Shown piece by piece: positions 16,475 through 25,921 of a stretch of 25,921 bases of DNA. The stretch is taken from assembly GCA_964589775.1 (NCBI GenBank), contig CAZPUN010000047.1, positions 1-25,921 of the forward strand, given 5' to 3'. Below the pieces are notes generated by a model. The model had not been told where the DNA came from. It was given only the letters and a program-made list of their open reading frames with translations, and made no database searches. The first letter of the stretch is position 1; every line of letters begins with the position of its first letter. Source of the DNA: an uncultured archaeon (lineage in GTDB: Archaea; Asgardarchaeota; Thorarchaeia; Thorarchaeales; CAZPUN01). Made by a program: the position numbers and the translations under genes.

Positions 16475-17356
16475 ATGAAACTAATCGATGACTTTGATCG
16501 ATTTAACATAAGTCATATTAAAGCAATAGAATATGCACAGAATAATGGTTTTTTGGAATTGTATGTAGTCAAAGGATATGAAAAACCACCAAAAATACAA
16601 GAAATTGAAATTCGTACGAATTCGTTAAATGCATTTACTAAGAATATAATAATAGTCGAAACGTATAATGTAAATGAAGACAATCTCCTGATTTTAGAAG
16701 ATAAAAAAGATTTTGTAAACCCGAATTTGAATCCACAAATTATAAAATTAGAGAAAAGCAGTAATGGATTACCAATCAGCTCAGTGGAAATCAGAAACGG
16801 AAATGTTGATAGAATGGGTAGAGATCTGACAGGATGCTATAAGGAAGATTCAAGATTTTTACAATATGAACTTCGAAGTGCATTAAAACCACCTTTAGGT
16901 AATTTAATTAAAGGTAATGATGAACTGAAAGTAATTAGAAAAGTAATTAACAAAATAAAGGAATATAATAGAGTGATTGCAATAGGTGATGTAGTCACAC
17001 AGAGACTAATGGAAGAACAATTTCAACCGTATCTTGCAGTTTATGATTATAAAACAAAAAGAGAAAAATATAATCTGAAAATTAATTTTAAAGACATTAT
17101 GATAACATACAATCCAGCAGGTATGATTCTAAAAGAAACATGGGCTGCATTAGACTATTGCTTAAAAATGGGAAATATGGCACTTGAAGTCCAAGGGGAA
17201 GAGGACTTGTTGGTATTACCTGCAATTATGTTATCTGAAATAGGAGACGTAATATTATATGGACAGCCGCATGAAGGCGTAGTAATTGTTGAGATTAATA
17301 GAACAATAAAAGAATTCGCTCGCGACTTCATAAATAAAATGAAAAAATTAGATTAA
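16475..17356 (+). CDS. GTP-dependent dephospho-CoA kinase (DUF359) fused to a degenerate phosphopantetheine adenylyltransferase-like domain
   Basis: C-terminal LK.PLG, IGDVVT, DYKTKR, NPAG, GEEDLLVLP and YGQP.EG motifs. The N-terminal part has FDRF..SH and GLPISS.EIR.G.VD..G, as in archaeal CoaD. Confidence 0.85.
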   Translation: MKLIDDFDRFNISHIKAIEYAQNNGFLELYVVKGYEKPPKIQEIEIRTNSLNAFTKNIIIVETYNVNEDNLLILEDKKDFVNPNLNPQIIKLEKSSNGLPISSVEIRNGNVDRMGRDLTGCYKEDSRFLQYELRSALKPPLGNLIKGNDELKVIRKVINKIKEYNRVIAIGDVVTQRLMEEQFQPYLAVYDYKTKREKYNLKINFKDIMITYNPAGMILKETWAALDYCLKMGNMALEVQGEEDLLVLPAIMLSEIGDVILYGQPHEGVVIVEINRTIKEFARDFINKMKKLD

Positions 17357-18888
17357 AATGAGTTTTTGAGATAATCATATCTTAATGCGTAAGGAATCAT
17401 ATCAATAACATCAGTAGGCAGGATTTGTTCGCCTAATTCGGCAACAGCAAACTCTCCCGCTTTTCCAGCTATGAATGCCGCAGCACATGCGGCGACAAAC
17501 GGCGATACGCCTTTTGTCAAAAATGCTGCAGTTATTCCGGTAAGTACATCACCGGTCCCACCAACAGTCATTGCAGGAGTCCCAGAATAATTCAGTTTAT
17601 ATCGTCCATCAGGAGACGCAATAACATCAATGTGGCCTTTTAGAAGAATTACTACATTGAACTTCTTTGCAGCTTCAACAGCATATTTAATCCGATCATC
17701 CAGCGTCTTTATTCGGTCTGTAGGAATTTCAAATAATGTAGCAAATTCTGAAAGATGTGGAGTAAATACAAATTTCCCAGTGGAGGATTTGAATCCAGAA
17801 TGCGCAATAGCTTTTATTGCATCTGCATCAACTACGGTAGGAATTCCACGACGATCAAGTTCAGAAATAATCCGACGAACGGCAATTCTAGTCTGGTCTG
17901 CCAAACCAAGTCCAGGACCTATAGCAACAGCAGTATTCTCGCTACCTGAGATTAATACACGATCTACATGATCACTTCTTAAATGTGGTCCGTCATAACT
18001 GAGAACAATCAAGCTTGGATTAAATGATGCAACTGTAGAAATAGCAAATTCGGAAGTCCAAATTTTTACAAGATCTACGCCAGTGCGTAAAGTTGCCAAT
18101 CCAACAAGTGCTGGAGCACCGAAATAATATTTACTACCAGCAATTACTTGAACCCGACCATTATCGCCTTTATGAGACCATAAATTACGTGGTCGGGATA
18201 CTACAAATAAATCTCCTGGACCAACGGTATATTCAACATCAGGGTTTATTCCAATACAACCAATCTCAATTTCACCAGCAACATCAGGATTCTTATCCAA
18301 TCCGATTTTCTTTTTGTATAGGGTAATTGTCAATTCAGGCTTTACACACTCGCCCAAAATTTCTCCAGTATCTGAATCGATACCAGTGGGTACATCAATA
18401 GAAATTTTATGCCCTTTTAACGAATTAATTAATTTTACAACAGATAAAATCGGTTCGCGGAGCTTACCTCTAACACCAACGCCTAAAACAGCATCAATTA
18501 TAATGGTGTCATCATCTGTATGGAAATTTTGCGGATCAATATATAACGAATCTTTAATTACGGTTTTCTTAATTCCACGTATGAATTTAAGAACTTCCCA
18601 ATTCGCTTTAGTATCAGGCGATGAAATGTTTTCAGGACGACCAATTAAATAAATTTCTACATTTGCGCCTTTTGTATAAAGATATCTTCCTGAAACTAAT
18701 CCATCACCACCATTACCACCGAGTCCAGAAAAAATTATTACTTTCCGACCTTTTATATCAAAGCGCTTGCTAATAATTTCAGAAATAGAACGCCCTGCAT
18801 TTTCCATTAACAATCGTCTTGAAACACCTATGTACTCACTATTTAGCTCAGTAATTCGAAGTTCATCAACATTGATGCTGTCTGACAT
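17353..18888 (-). CDS. nnr: Bifunctional NAD(P)H-hydrate epimerase/dehydratase
   Basis: LMENAG, GGNGGDG, DAVLGVG, SIDVPTG, HKGDNG, IGPGLG, DADA, TPH and GGTGDVLTG motifs. ATG at 18888 follows GAGGT. Confidence 0.95.
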   Translation of the reverse strand: MSDSINVDELRITELNSEYIGVSRRLLMENAGRSISEIISKRFDIKGRKVIIFSGLGGNGGDGLVSGRYLYTKGANVEIYLIGRPENISSPDTKANWEVLKFIRGIKKTVIKDSLYIDPQNFHTDDDTIIIDAVLGVGVRGKLREPILSVVKLINSLKGHKISIDVPTGIDSDTGEILGECVKPELTITLYKKKIGLDKNPDVAGEIEIGCIGINPDVEYTVGPGDLFVVSRPRNLWSHKGDNGRVQVIAGSKYYFGAPALVGLATLRTGVDLVKIWTSEFAISTVASFNPSLIVLSYDGPHLRSDHVDRVLISGSENTAVAIGPGLGLADQTRIAVRRIISELDRRGIPTVVDADAIKAIAHSGFKSSTGKFVFTPHLSEFATLFEIPTDRIKTLDDRIKYAVEAAKKFNVVILLKGHIDVIASPDGRYKLNYSGTPAMTVGGTGDVLTGITAAFLTKGVSPFVAACAAAFIAGKAGEFAVAELGEQILPTDVIDMIPYALRYDYLKNSF

Positions 18889-19006
18889 TTTTCTAAACCT
18901 CAAAATAAATTCAAATTATGAAAAGATAGTTGTTACTTAAATATATTCTTTTCGATTTTAAAAAATATTGTATTACTTTTTACAAAAAAAGAAGAAAATA
19001 TGGGGG

Positions 19007-21267
<2,261 letters not shown>

Positions 21268-21408
21268 TGCAATCACTTCTATGAAGCTGACGTATTTAGC
21301 CAGTTCAAAATCAGTTAAAAAGCTTTAGGAAATAATCAAAAATAAATTCAAAAGATACAGATTTATGAAAAATAACGATTTAAAACAAAAAAATATAGAT
21401 TCTCATTT

Positions 21409-22677
21409 TCAAATACTTAAATTATTTATTATTTTTAACAATTCATAACCATTTATTGCAATAAAGGGAACACGTAATTCATTCAGGGATAATGAACCAT
21501 GACTTCCAACAATCTCGCGCTCAAATAAGCGTTCCTCTTCGATTTTCCGTTCGAAAACAGATACCACATTATCCTTCAAAATGACTAAAAGATCACCTAA
21601 ACGCTCCCGTATTTTCCTACAATTTGTAGAATCACAAGAAATTAGATTGTTCGCAACGCATTCATCGAATGATAGAATTACTGCATTCGCCCCATAGGTT
21701 TCATTCAGCCAATCACGAACAATTCCCATATTATCTTCTGAGGCATAAAAGTGAATTACACGTCCGGACCTACCGGGCATCTTGTTTAAGTACGGAATGA
21801 TCCTTTCAGCATCTCTTTTCTTGATTACGAGCTTATGAGATAAAAATGTTTGACCATGGTCAGCAGTAATAACAAAAGAGGTGTCCTTCAAAATTTCTGA
21901 AGAAATACGATTTAAGAATTGTTTCAATAGGAATAATACGACATCCATACTATCAATGAATTCAGGAGAAAATGGTCCATATCCATGCGCGATATGATCT
22001 AATACACCATTATAAAGCGTAATAATTTTTCTCTGCTTGAAATTTTTAAGGAAATACTTAGTCATTGCCAATCCATCAGCAAATCCATAATATCCGAAGG
22101 TATGCCGAAGGTTTTGAAATGCATAAGATAAACCGTGACCTGCAATACTTTGCTCTGCAATATCAACTAGAAGTATATCTTTTTCAAGATCTGAAATAGC
22201 TTTTTGCCATATCAAATCTGTGGGCTCTATAAATTCAAAAATAAATCTATTATCAGATAATGTTGTCATTTTTAATAGATCAACAATATCATTTAATTCG
22301 GGAATGTATATTTTATGCCCCAATAATCCGTGTTGATAGGGAAATAAGCCCATCATAATACTGGAAACCGCAGCAGACGTTACAGTTGGAAAAACGGAAG
22401 AAAGTTCGAGCCCATTTACATTTTCAAATAATTTTCCAAATTTATGATTCATTATTTGATTAAGACCTAAGCTATCAATTATTATAATAACGACATTATG
22501 AACATTCATGAAGTTATTTTCATCAAGAATCTTTGCATAAGCTGAAGACGTTAATGAATGTCTCTGACAAGAGCAATCAATTGCTTCAAGAGATGTAGGC
22601 ATAATAGTACTAATTGAATATTCAAGATTCGGTGCATATAGTTCATTATCGATTTTTTTATAATTAATTGGCTTCAT
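21409..22677 (-). CDS. Alkaline phosphatase superfamily nucleotide pyrophosphatase/phosphodiesterase
   Basis: IIIDSLG, SVFPTVT, LDHIAHGYGP, TADHGQ and GSHGSLS motifs. ATG at 22677 is the likely start. Confidence 0.88.
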   Translation of the reverse strand: MKPINYKKIDNELYAPNLEYSISTIMPTSLEAIDCSCQRHSLTSSAYAKILDENNFMNVHNVVIIIIDSLGLNQIMNHKFGKLFENVNGLELSSVFPTVTSAAVSSIMMGLFPYQHGLLGHKIYIPELNDIVDLLKMTTLSDNRFIFEFIEPTDLIWQKAISDLEKDILLVDIAEQSIAGHGLSYAFQNLRHTFGYYGFADGLAMTKYFLKNFKQRKIITLYNGVLDHIAHGYGPFSPEFIDSMDVVLFLLKQFLNRISSEILKDTSFVITADHGQTFLSHKLVIKKRDAERIIPYLNKMPGRSGRVIHFYASEDNMGIVRDWLNETYGANAVILSFDECVANNLISCDSTNCRKIRERLGDLLVILKDNVVSVFERKIEEERLFEREIVGSHGSLSLNELRVPFIAINGYELLKIINNLSI

Positions 22678-22770
22678 TGCAACCAAGTTATTGTGTATCA
22701 CATATGTATTAAAAACTTTAAGTAGGTTAATTAGCGTAACAGTAATCACAAAACGAAGAAGGAATCAACC

Positions 22771-24531
22771 ATGTTATATAAAGATCTGGCAGAGTATTAC
22801 GCAAAATTAGAAAGCACAACAAAACGGCTCGAAATGACTGATATTTTAACGGACATGCTAAAATCTGCAGATGCAGAAGAAATTCGCCAGATAATTTATT
22901 TAACACAAGGAAAACTTCACCCAGATTGGAAAAATGAACCAGAATTAGGCCTTGCAGAACGAACTGCAATACAAGCCATAGCACAAGCTGTAGGAATCGA
23001 AACAGATAAAGTGCAAAAAGCCTTGAATAAAATTGGGGATATTGGAATCGTAGCAGAGGAATTAGTAAAGAACAAATCTCAGATGACTATTTTTGAACAA
23101 GAACCATTGAAAGTAATTGATGTATATTCAAAATTAGATAAAATTGCAAAGACTACAGGAGAAGGAAGTAACAAACGAAAGATTAAGATCCTTGCAGGTT
23201 TAATATCTGATGCATCACCATTGGAAGCTCGTTATATTTTAAGAACAGTGACTGGTGAGATGCGATTAGGAATCGCAGACATGACAATCCTAGATGCTCT
23301 AGCACTTGCATTCACAGGAGATAAAGCAAATAGAGAGTTTCTTGAACGTGCTTATAATTTAACCAGTGATTTAGGAGAAGTTGCAGAGTTAATAGCCACA
23401 AAAGGACTGAATGCTATTAAGAATATTAAGATCATTGTGGGCCGCCCTATACGTATGATGGCAGCACAAAGATTACCAAATGCCAAAGAAATTTTGGAAA
23501 AAATGGGGGGAAAGTGTTTTGCGGAATACAAATATGATGGAGAACGAATACAAGCTCATAAAGATGGAGAAACAGTAGTTCTTTATTCTAGAAGACAAGA
23601 ACAGATCTCTGAACAGTATCCGGATGTATGTGAATATATTAGAAAATATGTAAAGGCAAAACAAGCAATTATTGAAGGCGAATGTGTGGCAATTGATCTC
23701 TCAACGGGCAAGATGAAACCGTTCCAAGAATTAATGCAACGAAAACGTAAATATGATATATCTGAAAAAGTAAAAGAACTGCCTGTAAAACTATTCACAT
23801 TTGATGTTTTATATGTTGATGGTATGGATTATACATTAAAAGCATTTACAGAACGACGAAATAAATTATCTAAAATAATCGACGAATCTTCAGAAATCAC
23901 TCTTACAACAGGAAAAGAAATACATACTCCAGAGGAATTACTGGATTTCTTTGATGATGCAATAGCAGAAGGATGCGAAGGAATAATGGCAAAAAGCATG
24001 TCTGAAAACGCTATATATCAAGCAGGCGCAAGAAGTTGGCTATGGGTAAAATTAAAGAAAAGTTATCAAGAAGGCCTTACAGATTCAGTAGATTTAGTGA
24101 TTGTTGGTGCATTTTATGGCCGTGGAAAAAGAGCTGGAGTATATGGTACAATATTAGCCGCTGCATATGATCCAGATACTGATACATTTCAAACAGTATG
24201 TAAATTGGGAAGTGGCTTCACAGAGGATGATTTGGAGGTACTAAAACAACGATTAGAACCTATTACATTAGAGCATAAGCATCCACGAGTTGTTTCTGAA
24301 ATTGATGCAGATATTTGGTTCCAGCCAAAATATGTAATTGAAGTCTTAGGTGATGAAATCACATTAAGCCCAATTCATACATGTTGCAAAGGAAAAATTT
24401 CACAGGATGCTGGACTTGCCATAAGATTTCCTAGATTTATAAGTTGGAGAGATGATAAATCGCCCGAAGAAGCAACAACACCAGAGGAATTAATAAACAT
24501 GTACAAACAATTCTTAGAATCAAAAGGATAA
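22771..24531 (+). CDS. lig: ATP-dependent DNA ligase
   Basis: EYKYDGERIQAH active-site motif, EGECV, FDVL, EGIMAK, WVKLK, DLVIVG and IRFPRF motifs. Confidence 0.98.
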   Translation: MLYKDLAEYYAKLESTTKRLEMTDILTDMLKSADAEEIRQIIYLTQGKLHPDWKNEPELGLAERTAIQAIAQAVGIETDKVQKALNKIGDIGIVAEELVKNKSQMTIFEQEPLKVIDVYSKLDKIAKTTGEGSNKRKIKILAGLISDASPLEARYILRTVTGEMRLGIADMTILDALALAFTGDKANREFLERAYNLTSDLGEVAELIATKGLNAIKNIKIIVGRPIRMMAAQRLPNAKEILEKMGGKCFAEYKYDGERIQAHKDGETVVLYSRRQEQISEQYPDVCEYIRKYVKAKQAIIEGECVAIDLSTGKMKPFQELMQRKRKYDISEKVKELPVKLFTFDVLYVDGMDYTLKAFTERRNKLSKIIDESSEITLTTGKEIHTPEELLDFFDDAIAEGCEGIMAKSMSENAIYQAGARSWLWVKLKKSYQEGLTDSVDLVIVGAFYGRGKRAGVYGTILAAAYDPDTDTFQTVCKLGSGFTEDDLEVLKQRLEPITLEHKHPRVVSEIDADIWFQPKYVIEVLGDEITLSPIHTCCKGKISQDAGLAIRFPRFISWRDDKSPEEATTPEELINMYKQFLESKG

Positions 24532-25854
24532 CTATAATTTAATATTAAATTCTTTTTCTAATACTCTTTTTACCAAATCTCCGTATGAGATACCATCTTT
24601 TTTGCCCTGCTTCACATAAATACGCCATAAAGTTTCAGTCATTCGATTTTGTTCAGAACGGAGAAGATAAAATATGGATCTTGGAACTTCTAAAATTGGT
24701 ACAGGTGATTCATTGCCTTTTAAACAAAACATTATGTCAATTCGATCCGATTTGAAAATACTATTTTTTGTGGATACAAACGCAAAAAAGTCAGTAGGAA
24801 CACCGGATCTATCAGATATCTCATTTAATAAATCAGGATTCTCCTTTATTTCTAAAAGAACCTTAATATTTTCACTTTTAGTTATGGAGGATATTTCATA
24901 GATTTTTTTAAATGGACGCCTATTGAAATAATCATGAATTACAAGTTTAGTATTTTTATTATTACCATCCTTAAGGTAATTACGCATTGCATTAATAATA
25001 TAAATATCATCAAAAGAATACCATAAATTATTATCCAAGTTATCTTTTAATTCATTCCACTTGGGAATATGACCTTCATTAAGGAGTCTTCGTGCAATGC
25101 GAGACAGCATCACTTCAAAACTATTAACTACACTATGATTATAGATAGTTTGATACATATAGTAGCGCCCAAGAATGTAATTTTCTACAGCATGTAAAGA
25201 TTTCTCAGGAAATATATAATATTCACCATCAGGAGATATTGAAATTGTTGATAATAGACGCTCAAGTTCTAAATTACCATATCCAACTCCAGTAAAATAT
25301 GCATCACGAAGCAAATAATCTAAGCGGTCAGCATCAATAGTTGAGGATATTAATAACTTGTAATGCGTTCTATTTGGAACACCCGAAATTAAGTTTGCAA
25401 CCTCTTTGGGTGATATTGATAGTTGTTCAATTCTATCTGCGAGAACTCTTGTGATAATCTCCTTGGAAACTTTTTCATGACTAATGCCAAAAGCACCTTC
25501 AAGTGTGTGCGAAAAGGGAAAATGCCCAATATCATGAAGCAAAGCAGCAGTTTTCAATAATGCAACAGCATTATCAGAAAATAACGCATCCACATCTATA
25601 AGATCATGCGAATTACACCACGAACGCTGATTCTTAACACTTGATATTAACTTCTTAATAATATAAAAAACACCAAGAGAGTGCGAAAAACGCGTGTGCG
25701 TTGCGCCGGGATATACATAAAAAGCAGGACCTAATTGACTAATATAATGTAATCTCTGAAATACAGGATGATCAACGATACTTAAATACTCATTTTTTAC
25801 GAGTATATTCCCATGCAATGGATCGAATATTACTTTTTGTTTTTTGCCCGACAC
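24532..25854 (-). CDS. HD-domain phosphohydrolase, SAMHD1/dNTP triphosphohydrolase-like
   Basis: DPLHG, FQRL..ISQLG, HTRFSHSLG, LLHDIGHFPFSH and DADRLDYLLRD motifs. GTG start after AGGAG. Confidence 0.9.
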   Translation of the reverse strand: MSGKKQKVIFDPLHGNILVKNEYLSIVDHPVFQRLHYISQLGPAFYVYPGATHTRFSHSLGVFYIIKKLISSVKNQRSWCNSHDLIDVDALFSDNAVALLKTAALLHDIGHFPFSHTLEGAFGISHEKVSKEIITRVLADRIEQLSISPKEVANLISGVPNRTHYKLLISSTIDADRLDYLLRDAYFTGVGYGNLELERLLSTISISPDGEYYIFPEKSLHAVENYILGRYYMYQTIYNHSVVNSFEVMLSRIARRLLNEGHIPKWNELKDNLDNNLWYSFDDIYIINAMRNYLKDGNNKNTKLVIHDYFNRRPFKKIYEISSITKSENIKVLLEIKENPDLLNEISDRSGVPTDFFAFVSTKNSIFKSDRIDIMFCLKGNESPVPILEVPRSIFYLLRSEQNRMTETLWRIYVKQGKKDGISYGDLVKRVLEKEFNIKL

Positions 25855-25921
25855 GAATTTAGTAGACTCCTATTCTTTTTAATAAGTTATATATTAATTC
25901 AACATCTCTTTTTGTATATTT

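Noticed and set aside
24532-25854. HD dNTPase as part of an antiviral defence island
   Set aside because: The neighbours in view are housekeeping genes and this family is widespread in archaea. Nothing in the window supports a defence context.

Overview
AT-rich, densely packed archaeal chromosomal window. Archaeal markers include an ATP-dependent DNA ligase, single-domain ZPR1, DUF359 dephospho-CoA kinase, PGI/PMI, a RecJ-like DHH protein, TATA-type promoters and GGAGG/GGTGA ribosome-binding sites. A TACK/Asgard-type host is plausible but cannot be proven here. About 21 CDSs are mostly housekeeping or envelope genes. I see no tRNA, rRNA, CRISPR array or mobile element. The most unusual signal is in the 1817-2446 intergenic region, which holds two tandem GC-rich panhandle elements (about 85 and 107 nt). 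Each has a terminal stem enclosing a loop that reads on the minus strand as repeated anti-Shine-Dalgarno (CUCC/CCUCCU) motifs, and each has an identical TTTATATA box 21-22 nt upstream. They look like a pair of anti-SD small RNAs, with candidate targets in the window. Other oddities are a membrane protein with a Rad51/RadA-type HhH tail, a presenilin-like protease next to a circularly permuted orphan solute-binding protein, an ATPase-less MacB/LolCE-like permease pair with a GT-C glycosyltransferase, and several enzymes with altered catalytic motifs. All calls come from motif recognition by eye; no searches were run.
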